A stretch of 64,000 bases of DNA from an uncultured Alphaproteobacteria bacterium. GTDB lineage: Bacteria > Pseudomonadota > Alphaproteobacteria > Methylaequorales > Methylaequoraceae. The position numbers and the translations under genes are program-made. Shown here in pieces: positions 1 to 9,250 of the stretch (position 1 is its first letter; each line of letters starts with the position of its first letter). The stretch spans positions 11,618 through 75,617 of the forward strand of contig CACAXP010000002.1 in assembly GCA_902536485.1 (NCBI GenBank), read 5' to 3'. Below the pieces are notes generated by a model that made no database searches, was not told the DNA's origin, and saw only the letters and a program-made list of their open reading frames with translations.

Positions 1-299
1 TAGGAGAAATTAAAGACGAACATGACTCTGAGGAAGTAGAAGAAATTAAAAAGATATCTAAAAAAACTTTTGAGCTTCCAGCTAGAGTATCGTTGGAAGA
101 ATTTGAAAAAGAAATTGGAGTAAAACTCAAAATTGAAAAAAAAGATGAGATTGATACGATAGGTGGTTTTATCTTTTTCCTTATCGGAAGGATCCCAGGT
201 AGAGGCGAAGTTATCAATTACAAGAAAATCCTAGAATTTACTGTTATAGAGGCTGACACTCGAAGAATAAAAAAGATTTTAGTTACCTTAAAAAAATGA
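1..299 (+). CDS. CorC/TlyC-family protein (CorC_HlyC transporter-associated domain), C-terminal fragment; 5' end lies outside the window
   Basis: Frame is open from nt 3 (GEIKDEHDSEEVEEIKK...). The tail DTIGGFIFFLIGRIPGRGEVI...FTVIEADTRRIKKILV fits the CorC_HlyC C-terminal domain. ATGA overlap with lnt, as in the common ybeY-corC-lnt neighbourhood. Confidence 0.6.
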   Translation, partial: GEIKDEHDSEEVEEIKKISKKTFELPARVSLEEFEKEIGVKLKIEKKDEIDTIGGFIFFLIGRIPGRGEVINYKKILEFTVIEADTRRIKKILVTLKK

Positions 300-1816
300 A
301 CAAAAGCCCATTATGGATTTTCATAACTCTAGGAATTTTTCTTGGAGTATCACAATCCTTTTTTTTTCTTACACCAATTGTAATACTTTCATATTTCATA
401 TTTATTAAAAAAATACTTTTAAAAGATAATCTTAAAGATTCTTTTTTTGGAGGCTGGTATTTTGGAATCGGGTTTTATATTGGCTCAATGCATTGGATAA
501 TCTCTCCTTTTTTAATCTATGAAAAGCACTTTTTATTATCTCCTATCTCGATTCTTTTTCCCTTGTTAATGGGATTGTTCTTTTCCCTTCCTTCTATTTT
601 AATAACAATTCTAAAAAACTTTATTTATTTTGATAAGATTTCTATGATTTCAAAAAGCTTTATCATAGCTAACTTTTTTTTTATAGCTGAAATTATAAAA
701 TCAAATATATTCGGTGGGTTACCGCTAAATTTAACTGCAAATTTGTGGGCATTTAATCACGAATTTATTCAAATCTCTAAATTTGTAGGAGTAATGGGCT
801 TGAGTTTTTTTACTCTTTTCTGGATAAGCTGCATATCAATTTTTTTAATTGAAAAAAATTTTTTAAATAGTTTTTTAACTTTCATTTTTTTTCCCTTTTT
901 TTTAATTAGTTTCAATCTTTTTTCAAATATTAAAGAACCAGAAATTGGAAAGAGTTACGTGAATTTTAGAGTAATCCAACCAAACATTCCACAAATTGAA
1001 AAATGGAACAAATTGTATTTTGAAAAAAATATCAACAAATTATTGGAATTAACAACCGAAGAAAATATTGAAGATACAGAGAAGATTGTGATCTGGCCAG
1101 AGGTGGCTTTAACATACTTTTTAACTGAGGAACCAGATGTGGTCGAATATTTAAAAACAAAGATTCCCAAAAATACTATAATTATAACCGGTGGATTAAG
1201 AAGAGAGTTTAACAACGAAAGCTTTAAACTTTTTAATTCATTATATTTGATTAATAATGAAAATTTGGATTTTTATGATAAAAAAAAGCTAGTTCCATTT
1301 GGGGAGTTTGTTCCCTTAAGAGGTTTCTTGAAATCTTTCAAGTTAGTACCTGGTACCACAGATTTCAGTGAAGGAATTAAGACAAATCAAATGAGAATTG
1401 AGTTAGAAAAAGAAGAAATTCTGTTTGAACCCTCAATTTGCTATGAAGCAATTTTTCAAACTTTTACAAAAAATAATCCTTCAGTATTAATTAATATAAC
1501 TAATGATGCATGGTTTGGCAAAACTATTGGCCCTAGACAACACTTAGCATCACAGATATTTAGGTCAATAGAGAAGTCTGTGTTTTTTCTAAGATCTGCT
1601 AATTCGGGTATTTCAGTTATTGTAAATAAAAAAGGTGAAATCTTAAAAAAAATTAAACTCAATTCTGCCGGATATATTGACATAAACACCCAGCTTTCGT
1701 CGGAGGAAACTTTTTTTGAAAAGTATGGAAATATTTCAGTTTTTTTGATTATTATTTTTCTTGGTTTATTATTTTACTTGATTGAATTTTTAATTTCTTT
1801 AAAAAGGAATAATTAA
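296..1816 (+). CDS. lnt: Apolipoprotein N-acyltransferase
   Basis: 506 aa. Polytopic hydrophobic N-terminal half, then a CN-hydrolase domain (IVIWPEVAL, FEPSICYEAIF, NITNDAWFG). Sits directly after corC. Confidence 0.85.
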   Translation: MNKSPLWIFITLGIFLGVSQSFFFLTPIVILSYFIFIKKILLKDNLKDSFFGGWYFGIGFYIGSMHWIISPFLIYEKHFLLSPISILFPLLMGLFFSLPSILITILKNFIYFDKISMISKSFIIANFFFIAEIIKSNIFGGLPLNLTANLWAFNHEFIQISKFVGVMGLSFFTLFWISCISIFLIEKNFLNSFLTFIFFPFFLISFNLFSNIKEPEIGKSYVNFRVIQPNIPQIEKWNKLYFEKNINKLLELTTEENIEDTEKIVIWPEVALTYFLTEEPDVVEYLKTKIPKNTIIITGGLRREFNNESFKLFNSLYLINNENLDFYDKKKLVPFGEFVPLRGFLKSFKLVPGTTDFSEGIKTNQMRIELEKEEILFEPSICYEAIFQTFTKNNPSVLINITNDAWFGKTIGPRQHLASQIFRSIEKSVFFLRSANSGISVIVNKKGEILKKIKLNSAGYIDINTQLSSEETFFEKYGNISVFLIIIFLGLLFYLIEFLISLKRNN

Positions 1817-1827
1817 CTTCTAAATAA

Positions 1828-3012
1828 ATGAAAAATACCCAAGAAGATTTTGAATTTACAAGTGAGTCTGTCTCAGAAGGGCATCCTGATAAAGTTTGCG
1901 ACCAAATATCTGATTCAATTCTGGATCTTTTTATGGAAAAAGATAGCAATTCAAGAGTAGCGTGTGAAACTTTAGCTACTACAAACAGGATTGTCCTTGC
2001 TGGAGAAATCAACCTTAAGAATAAAAATAAAGAAATTGGTGCAAGCTTGATTGATGAGGTTGTTAGAAAAAAAGTTAAAGAAATTGGCTATGAGCAAGAT
2101 GGTTTTCATTGGAAAAATTTAAAAATAGAAAATCTACTTCATAACCAGTCAACAGATATTTCGCAAGGAGTGGACAAAGATGAATCGAATGAACTCTATG
2201 GTGCTGGCGATCAGGGTATAATGTTTGGTTATGCATGCAACGAGACTAAGAGTTTAATGCCTGCACCTATAGACTATAGCCACAAAATATTAAAAACACT
2301 TTCTGATTATCGACATAATAATGATTCTTTTTTTGGACCTGATTCTAAAAGTCAAGTGAGTGTTCTTTACAAGAATAACAGGCCCCAAAATATAAGTTCT
2401 ATTATTGTGTCTAGTCAGCATTTAGATTCAGCAAATAACAATGAGATAAGGAAGAAAATTTTAGAAATAATTGAAGAGGCAATCCCTAAAATAGCACTAC
2501 CTTCAGAGAAAAAAATTCTAATAAACCCTACTGGAAGATTTGTTATAGGTGGTCCTGATGGTGATGCTGGCCTTACTGGAAGAAAAATTATAGTTGATAC
2601 TTATGGAGGGGCTGCTCCTCATGGTGGAGGAGCATTTTCAGGTAAAGATTATACAAAAGTTGATAGGTCAGCGGCATATATGGCAAGATATCTAGCAAAA
2701 AACATTGTAGCTAGTGGTGCTTCAAGAAAATGTTTGATTCAACTTTCATATGCTATAGGTGTTGCAGAACCGATTTCAATTTTTGTTCAAATTGACAAGG
2801 AAGTAACTCCAAAAGTACAAAAATTAATTGATATCATAAAAAGTTACTTTGATTTAACACCTTTTGGCATTAAATCTTTTTTAAAACTTGATAAGCCAAT
2901 TTATGCTGAGACTGCTTCATATGGTCATTTTGGAAGAGAATATAATGAATCTAAGGGTACTTTTACTTGGGAGTCGTTGTCTAGTGTAGACCTATTTAAA
3001 ACAAATTTTTAA
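1828..3012 (+). CDS. metK: S-adenosylmethionine synthetase
   Basis: 394 aa with SESVSEGHPDKVCDQISD, GAGDQGIMFGYA and GGGAFSGKDYTKVDRSAAY motifs. Confidence 0.97.
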   Translation: MKNTQEDFEFTSESVSEGHPDKVCDQISDSILDLFMEKDSNSRVACETLATTNRIVLAGEINLKNKNKEIGASLIDEVVRKKVKEIGYEQDGFHWKNLKIENLLHNQSTDISQGVDKDESNELYGAGDQGIMFGYACNETKSLMPAPIDYSHKILKTLSDYRHNNDSFFGPDSKSQVSVLYKNNRPQNISSIIVSSQHLDSANNNEIRKKILEIIEEAIPKIALPSEKKILINPTGRFVIGGPDGDAGLTGRKIIVDTYGGAAPHGGGAFSGKDYTKVDRSAAYMARYLAKNIVASGASRKCLIQLSYAIGVAEPISIFVQIDKEVTPKVQKLIDIIKSYFDLTPFGIKSFLKLDKPIYAETASYGHFGREYNESKGTFTWESLSSVDLFKTNF

Positions 3013-3674
3013 TGCTTAATTTCTATGGAAGAAAATATCCCAGGAACATCAAAAACGATCAACTAAAAGAACTTTACGACTTTAAATTTTTTCTAGACAA
3101 AAGCAAAATAAAAACATTCAAGACTAAAACAAAAAAATTTGAAACTTTCAATTTAGAAATTGGTTTTGGTTTTGGAGAGAATATTTTTGCTCAGTCGGCA
3201 AAAAATGACAAAGATTTGTTCCTCGGCTGTGATCCTTATCTTAGTGGTTCTTTTAATCTAAAAAAAGATATAAAAACTTTTAGTTTAAAAAATCTTTTTT
3301 TTACAAATTTAGGTTTTTTAGAGCTTTTTGAATTTCTAAAGAATACCATTTTTACAAAAATAGTAATTTTATTTCCTGATCCATGGCCTAAGAAAAGGCA
3401 TAAAAAAAGAAGATTAATTAACTCTAGTTTTGTTAGTCTTCTAGAATTGATTACTTTTGAAAAAACGAAAATAATCGTTGCAACAGACCATGAAGACTAT
3501 TTAAGTCAGATACTTTATGAGTTTTATAAAAGTAAATCTTTTGAACTTTCAACTGAAGTAATTGGTTATGAAGTTTATACTTGTTTTGATATAAGCTTGA
3601 CTAAATATCACAAGAAGGCAAAAAAAAGTAATAAAAGAGTATACTTCCTACTTTTCGAAAAAAAAAAATCTTAA
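3012..3674 (+). CDS. trmB: tRNA (guanine46-N7)-methyltransferase
   Basis: 220 aa with the FPDPWPKKRHKKRRL signature. Its start shares 1 nt with the metK stop (TAATG). Confidence 0.85.
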   Translation: MLNFYGRKYPRNIKNDQLKELYDFKFFLDKSKIKTFKTKTKKFETFNLEIGFGFGENIFAQSAKNDKDLFLGCDPYLSGSFNLKKDIKTFSLKNLFFTNLGFLELFEFLKNTIFTKIVILFPDPWPKKRHKKRRLINSSFVSLLELITFEKTKIIVATDHEDYLSQILYEFYKSKSFELSTEVIGYEVYTCFDISLTKYHKKAKKSNKRVYFLLFEKKKS

Positions 3675-3760
3675 AAAATTTTTTAAAATCATTTAAGTTT
3701 CTTTAAAGTATTGGTATGAATTAACCTAAAATATTTGAAATAGTGTAGATTATTTAATTT

Positions 3761-5308
3761 ATGGAAGAAAAATTGGAACAAAATGAAATACTAATTGGCA
3801 AAAACCTTGAAATTCTTGATGTTGCCAAAACAATTGCAAAAGAGAAAGGGATAAGCGCCGAAGAAGTCTTAGAGGCAATGGAGGTTGCTATTGCCAAAGC
3901 CGGAAGGACAAAATATGGTCATGAATTAGATATTAGGGCTCAAATAGATAAAGAATCAGGCTACATTGGTTTGTATAGATATAGAGAGGTCGTCAAAAGC
4001 CTAGAAGAAGACTCTGAAATTGAAGAAGATACTAGTGAAAATATTAATAAAGTATTGTTGACCGATTTACCAAAAGAGAAAAGTAAATTGAAGATTGGAG
4101 AGTTTCTTGTTGAAGAATTACCTCCTTTAGATTTTGGTCGTATTGCAGTTCAAACTGCGAAACATGTGATTTTTCAAAAGGTAAAAGAGGCTGAGCGAGT
4201 GGTTCAGTTTAATGAGTTTAAAGACAAGGTAGGTGAGATTGTTAATGGGGTTGTCAAACGAGTTGAGTTTGGAAATTTAATTATAGATTTAGGCAAGGGT
4301 GAGGCAATTTTAAAAAAGGACGAGCTTTTAAATAGAGAAATTTTCAGAAGGTCTGACAGAATTAGAGCCTATATAAATGAAGTTAAATTTGATTTAAAGG
4401 GGCCTCAAATTTTTCTATCTAGGGCACATAATAACTTTCTCGTTAAGCTTTTTGAGCAAGAAGTTCCAGAGATTTATGATGGAATAATTGAAGTGAAATC
4501 TGTAGCTCGTGACCCAGGAAGTAGAGCAAAAATAGCTGTTTTTACTAAAGAAAAAAGCATTGACCCTGTTGGAGCTTGTGTGGGTATGAGGGGGAGTAGA
4601 GTCCAAGCCGTTGTTAATGAGTTGCAAGGTGAGAAAATCGATATAGTTTTATGGTCCGAAGATATTGCAACATTTATCGTCAATGCATTAGGACCTGCCG
4701 AAGTAGAAAAAGTTGTGATAGAAGAAGATTTAAAAAAAATTGATGTTATTGTTCCTGATGAACAACTTAGCCTTGCAATAGGAAGAAAAGGTCAAAATGT
4801 ACGTTTAGCTAGTTCTTTGTCAGGGTGGAGTATTGACATTCTTACTACCTCGCAAGAGTCAGAAAAAAGAAGCGAGGAATTTAAGAGTTTATCCAAGGGT
4901 TTTATTGATAATTTAGATGTTGATGAAGTAATAGCACATCTTTTAGTCACTGAAGGTTTTTCTTCAATTGATGAGGTGGCAATGGTATCAACAGATGAAC
5001 TTGCATCAATTGAGGGTTTTGACGAGGAACTAGCTAAAGAACTTATTAATAGAGCTAAAAATTTTATAGAAAAAATTAAAAAAGATAATTTAGAAAAACT
5101 TAAATCAGCTGGAGTTGAAGAATATTTATTAAACCATAGTGTTCTGACTACGATTCAACTTCTGAAGTTAAAAGAGAACGCAATTATTACGAGGGACCAG
5201 CTTGCTGATTTATCTAGTGATGAATTAATTGATATTTTAACTGATCTGGAAAAAAATAAAGCAGATCAAATAATTTTAGAATCAAGGGAACACTGGTTTA
5301 AAGATTAA
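3761..5308 (+). CDS. nusA: Transcription termination/antitermination factor NusA
   Basis: 515 aa. S1 domain (GEIVNGVVKRVEFGNLIIDLG), two KH domains (GACVGMRGSRVQAVVNEL; IGRKGQNVRLASSLSGW) and C-terminal acidic HhH-type repeats. Confidence 0.95.
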   Translation: MEEKLEQNEILIGKNLEILDVAKTIAKEKGISAEEVLEAMEVAIAKAGRTKYGHELDIRAQIDKESGYIGLYRYREVVKSLEEDSEIEEDTSENINKVLLTDLPKEKSKLKIGEFLVEELPPLDFGRIAVQTAKHVIFQKVKEAERVVQFNEFKDKVGEIVNGVVKRVEFGNLIIDLGKGEAILKKDELLNREIFRRSDRIRAYINEVKFDLKGPQIFLSRAHNNFLVKLFEQEVPEIYDGIIEVKSVARDPGSRAKIAVFTKEKSIDPVGACVGMRGSRVQAVVNELQGEKIDIVLWSEDIATFIVNALGPAEVEKVVIEEDLKKIDVIVPDEQLSLAIGRKGQNVRLASSLSGWSIDILTTSQESEKRSEEFKSLSKGFIDNLDVDEVIAHLLVTEGFSSIDEVAMVSTDELASIEGFDEELAKELINRAKNFIEKIKKDNLEKLKSAGVEEYLLNHSVLTTIQLLKLKENAIITRDQLADLSSDELIDILTDLEKNKADQIILESREHWFKD

Positions 5309-5309
5309 A

Positions 5310-7676
5310 ATGGAAGAGAATAAAGACAAAAAAACAGAAAATTCAGGAAAACTCCAACTGAAAAAGACATTTAATGTTGGACAAATCAAGCAAAGTTTTT
5401 CTCACGGAAGAACCAGATCTGTTTCGGTTGAAGTTAAAAAAAAAAGAGTCCTGCGAAGCTTAAATGAGAACAATGATTTAACAACAGAAGTTTTTAAAGA
5501 AGACGACGGATTAGAAAAAACTGTTGATAAAGAAAAGCTAGATGATCAAAAAGATCTTAAAAAAAATGACAATAATTTTGAAAAAGATTCAACCCAAAAA
5601 CCTAAAGTTGATAAACAAAAAGAAAAGCTTGATCAATCCGATAAAAAAAACTTAAAAAAATTCTCGAACAACCAAAATGAAAAAACAAATTTCCCTAACC
5701 CTCAAAATGAAAAAGAAGAAAAGTTCAAGTCTCAAAAATTCACTAAAATTCCAAAAAGTTTTGAAAATAGAAGGCAAGGAAAGCTAACAATCTCTCAGGC
5801 TCTAAATGATGAGAATGAAAAAGTACGTTCTCTGGCGGCTGTAAGACGAGCAAGAGAAAAAGCAAAATTAAGGAATCTTAGTAATTTAGAAAACAAAGAG
5901 GTTTTAGAAAATAAGGAAAGAAAGAAAAAAGAAATCATTATTCCTGATCTAATAGGTGTAGGTGAGTTGGCATCAAGAATGGCAGAGAAGTCTTCAACTC
6001 TGATAAAAATGCTTATGAAATTAGGAGTAATGAGTACAATTAATGAAACAATTGATGGTGATACAGCAGAACTTTTGGTTATTGAGTTGGGCCATATGCC
6101 AAAACGAGTGAGTGAATCTGACGTAGAATTAGGTCTTGGTGGGAAAGAGGATACAGACAAAGATCTTGTATCTAGACCACCTGTAGTTACAATTATGGGT
6201 CATGTCGATCACGGTAAAACATCAATACTGGATGCAATTCGACAAAAAAAAGTCGCATCAACAGAGGCAGGAGGAATTACTCAACACATTGGATCTTATA
6301 TGGTGGAGAGTAAGCAAAAAAAAATCACTTTTATTGATACACCTGGTCATGCAGCATTCAGTCAAATGCGTGCCAGAGGGTCAAATATAACTGATATAAT
6401 TATATTGGTAGTTGCAGGTGACGATAGTGTTAATGAACAAACAATAGAGGCAATAAGTCATGCAAAAGCGTCAAATTGTCCTATAATTGTCGCAATTAAT
6501 AAAATTGATCTTGAAACATCTAACCCACAAAAAGTTGAGAATGATTTGATGAAGCATGAAATCATAAGCGAAAAAATGGGTGGAGAAAATGTTTTTGTGA
6601 ATGTATCTGCTAAGACTAAAGAGGGTCTAGATGAACTTTTAGATACAATACAATTACAAGCAGAAATTATGGAGTTGAAATCAAACCCTAATAGATCGGC
6701 TGAAGGGTCAGTAATCGAGTCAAAAATTGAAATAGGAAAAGGCACGGTCGTCTCTATTTTAATAGAAAAAGGAACCTTAAATGTAGGAGATGTTGTTGTT
6801 GTAGGAAAAGAATGGGGAAAAGTTCGAGCTTTGTATGACGACGAAGGAAAGCGATTACAAAAGGCTTTCCCAAGTTTTCCCGTTGAAGTGGTGGGATTGT
6901 CAGGTGCACCTGAATCTGGTGAAAAATTAGTTGTGGTTGAAAGTGAAGCAAGAGCGAGAGAAGTAACCCAATATAGGTCGAGAATGAAAAGAATAGAAGA
7001 GAATTCAACTATAAAAAGAGTGTCTATTGATCAGATGTTACAAGATAACTCAGGGGAACAAAAGGTTTTCATTTCAGTAATTATAAAAACAGACGTTCAT
7101 GGATCCAAAGAAGCAATTGAACAAAGTTTAAAAAAGATGAGTTCTGAAAAAGTTGAAATAAAAATAGTTCATTCAGGTGTTGGCGAGATTAATGAATCAG
7201 ATGTTACATTGGCTATAGCATCTAATGCGAAAATTTTTGGTTTTAATGTTAAAGCAAACGTTCAGGCAAAAAATTTATCTAAAAGAGAAAAAATTTCCAT
7301 TAAATATTTTAGCATTATCTACGAAGTACTTGATGAGGCACAAAAAATCATTGATGGAATGTTTGAGGAGGATTTCAAAGAAGAACTAATTGGCAAAGCG
7401 ACAATAAAGAAAGTTTTTGAAATGTCAGATTCCTCTAAAGTCGCCGGATGTTCAATTGATGAAGGGAAGGTAACAGCAAAATCTTCAGTAAAAATCTTCA
7501 GAGAAGAAAAGTTAATTAGTGAAGTTGATATACAAAGTTTGAGAAGAGAAAAGAACCAGGTTAAAGAAGTTTTATCAGGATTAGAGTGTGGGATAGGACT
7601 GTACAAATTCGATGATATTAAAGAAAATGACAAATTAGAGTTTTACTTAAGAGTTAGTAATGATAAAGCAAAATGA
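5310..7676 (+). CDS. infB: Translation initiation factor IF-2
   Basis: 788 aa. Lys/Asn/Glu-rich N-terminus, then GTPase motifs GHVDHGKTS, DTPGH, NKID, SAK. Begins 1 nt after the nusA stop. Confidence 0.97.
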   Translation: MEENKDKKTENSGKLQLKKTFNVGQIKQSFSHGRTRSVSVEVKKKRVLRSLNENNDLTTEVFKEDDGLEKTVDKEKLDDQKDLKKNDNNFEKDSTQKPKVDKQKEKLDQSDKKNLKKFSNNQNEKTNFPNPQNEKEEKFKSQKFTKIPKSFENRRQGKLTISQALNDENEKVRSLAAVRRAREKAKLRNLSNLENKEVLENKERKKKEIIIPDLIGVGELASRMAEKSSTLIKMLMKLGVMSTINETIDGDTAELLVIELGHMPKRVSESDVELGLGGKEDTDKDLVSRPPVVTIMGHVDHGKTSILDAIRQKKVASTEAGGITQHIGSYMVESKQKKITFIDTPGHAAFSQMRARGSNITDIIILVVAGDDSVNEQTIEAISHAKASNCPIIVAINKIDLETSNPQKVENDLMKHEIISEKMGGENVFVNVSAKTKEGLDELLDTIQLQAEIMELKSNPNRSAEGSVIESKIEIGKGTVVSILIEKGTLNVGDVVVVGKEWGKVRALYDDEGKRLQKAFPSFPVEVVGLSGAPESGEKLVVVESEARAREVTQYRSRMKRIEENSTIKRVSIDQMLQDNSGEQKVFISVIIKTDVHGSKEAIEQSLKKMSSEKVEIKIVHSGVGEINESDVTLAIASNAKIFGFNVKANVQAKNLSKREKISIKYFSIIYEVLDEAQKIIDGMFEEDFKEELIGKATIKKVFEMSDSSKVAGCSIDEGKVTAKSSVKIFREEKLISEVDIQSLRREKNQVKEVLSGLECGIGLYKFDDIKENDKLEFYLRVSNDKAK

Positions 7677-8058
7677 CATTAAAATATTTAAAATTTCCAG
7701 AAAAAACTCCAGAATCGAAAAATTAACCCAGCTTATAAAAAAAATATTAGGTGAGATTTTTTTGAATCAAGATTTTAGAGATAGCGATGGCAATAACCTG
7801 CTAATATTTATTGATGAAGTGGTTCTGTCAAAAGACGGAAAAATTGCTACAGTTTTTTTAACCAATTTTTCAAAAAAAAATAATTTAAGTGAAAATGAAT
7901 CTCTAAGACTTATTGATGATAACTTAATTAAGATCAAAAAAGAATTCTCAGAAAGAATCGTTTTGCGCTATACTCCCAAATTAAAATTTCGATTTGACTA
8001 TTTAAGGAAACAATCTTTTGAAATTGATAAACTTATTGAAGGTCTATCAAAAACTTAA
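7660..8058 (+). CDS. rbfA: Ribosome-binding factor A
   Basis: 132 aa. Conserved slot between infB and truB, with an RbfA-like C-terminal core (LRYTPKLKFRFD). Overlaps infB by 17 nt, so the exact start is uncertain. Confidence 0.8.
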   Translation: MIKQNDIKIFKISRKNSRIEKLTQLIKKILGEIFLNQDFRDSDGNNLLIFIDEVVLSKDGKIATVFLTNFSKKNNLSENESLRLIDDNLIKIKKEFSERIVLRYTPKLKFRFDYLRKQSFEIDKLIEGLSKT

Positions 8059-8066
8059 GATATAGT

Positions 8067-8978
8067 ATGAAAAAAAATAGTATTAACGGATGGATCTTTT
8101 TAGATAAACCAATAGGAGTTTCCTCTAATAAAGCTTTACAAAAAGTAAGAAAAATTTTTCATTATTGTAAAGCAGGCTATGTTGGTACTCTGGATCCGCT
8201 TGCATCTGGGTTTCTTCCAATCGCCTTGGGAAAGTCAACAAAAACAATAAAGTACTTGTCTGATTGTGACAAAGAATATATTTTTGAAGTTACCTGGGGT
8301 ATGCATTCATCTACAGGTGACCTTGAAGGTGAAATTACAAAAATTGATAACAACTATCCCTCCTTAGAACAAATAAGAAACACTTTAAGAAATTTTATTG
8401 GAGAATACTACCAAGCTCCGCACAACTTTTCGTCCAAAAAACTGAATGGAAAAAAGGCTTATGAATTTGCTCGAAAAAAAATCCATATTGATTTAAAAAA
8501 AGAAAAAAAAAAAATCACAGATCTTAAAATTATTAATCAGGTTTCACAGTCTAAAACTTTGTTTTACACTAAATGCGATTCAGGAACATACATAAGAAGT
8601 TTAGCAGAGGATATGGCTAAATCGTTAAATACATTTGGTGTAGTTTCGTTATTAAGGCGTGTTGGGTTCGGAAATTTGGATAAAAAACTTATTTCACTAG
8701 ATTATTTGATGAGTTTAGTGCATATTGAGTGTCTTTTAAGTATTTTAAAACCAATTGAAAAGGTTTTTAATGAATTTAACCTGATTGATTTGGATATAAA
8801 TGAGTTTGCTCTTATATTAAATGGAAGGTCAATTAAAATGAATAAATTTAAAAGTAAAATTAATGATATTTATGGACAACTTACACTAGCAAAGTTTAAA
8901 AACAAGTTAGTTGCAGTAGGGTACCTAAGGAATGGAAATTTTTATCCAAAAAATCTGTTGAATAATTTTTTTGTTTGA
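8067..8978 (+). CDS. truB: tRNA pseudouridine(55) synthase
   Basis: 303 aa. GWIFLDKPIGVSS plus the catalytic-Asp motif YVGTLDPLASGFLPIALG. Confidence 0.92.
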   Translation: MKKNSINGWIFLDKPIGVSSNKALQKVRKIFHYCKAGYVGTLDPLASGFLPIALGKSTKTIKYLSDCDKEYIFEVTWGMHSSTGDLEGEITKIDNNYPSLEQIRNTLRNFIGEYYQAPHNFSSKKLNGKKAYEFARKKIHIDLKKEKKKITDLKIINQVSQSKTLFYTKCDSGTYIRSLAEDMAKSLNTFGVVSLLRRVGFGNLDKKLISLDYLMSLVHIECLLSILKPIEKVFNEFNLIDLDINEFALILNGRSIKMNKFKSKINDIYGQLTLAKFKNKLVAVGYLRNGNFYPKNLLNNFFV

Positions 8979-9232
8979 AAGGATTGGAGATTGTGGCAAA
9001 GAAAGATGAAAAGATTAATAAAGATGTTGGTGGTAGTGAATTTCAGATCACGCTATTCACTGACAGAATTAAAAAACTAACTGAGCATTTAAAGCTCAAC
9101 AAAAAAGATGAAAACACAAGAAGAGGTTTAATGAAATTAGTTGGGAAGCGAAAAAGACTTTTGAGCTATGTTAAAAGAAAAAGTAACGATAATTATGAGT
9201 CGCTTATTAAATCTCTGGGCTTAAGACGCTAA
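8975..9232 (+). CDS. rpsO: 30S ribosomal protein S15
   Basis: LTEHLKLNKKDENTRRGLMKLVGKRKRLLSYVKRK...LGLRR. The track start is TTG at 8975 (overlaps the truB stop). In-frame GTG at 8993, just after GGAGA, is an alternative start. Confidence 0.93.
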   Translation: MKGLEIVAKKDEKINKDVGGSEFQITLFTDRIKKLTEHLKLNKKDENTRRGLMKLVGKRKRLLSYVKRKSNDNYESLIKSLGLRR

Positions 9233-9250
9233 ATTACTGGAGATAAAAAG

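Noticed and set aside
955-2012. Minus-strand ORFs 955-1215, 1456-1689 and 1752-2012 inside lnt and metK.
   Set aside because: They are antisense shadows of strongly supported genes. They have no recognisable motifs, and their composition is typical of the reverse frame of AT-rich coding DNA.
4415-7633. Minus-strand or alternate-frame ORFs inside nusA and infB (4415-4627, 4474-4683, 5795-6160, 6202-6390, 6458-6745, 6754-7008, 7319-7633).
   Set aside because: They are fully embedded in nusA and infB, whose translations carry unambiguous motifs. No family resemblance.
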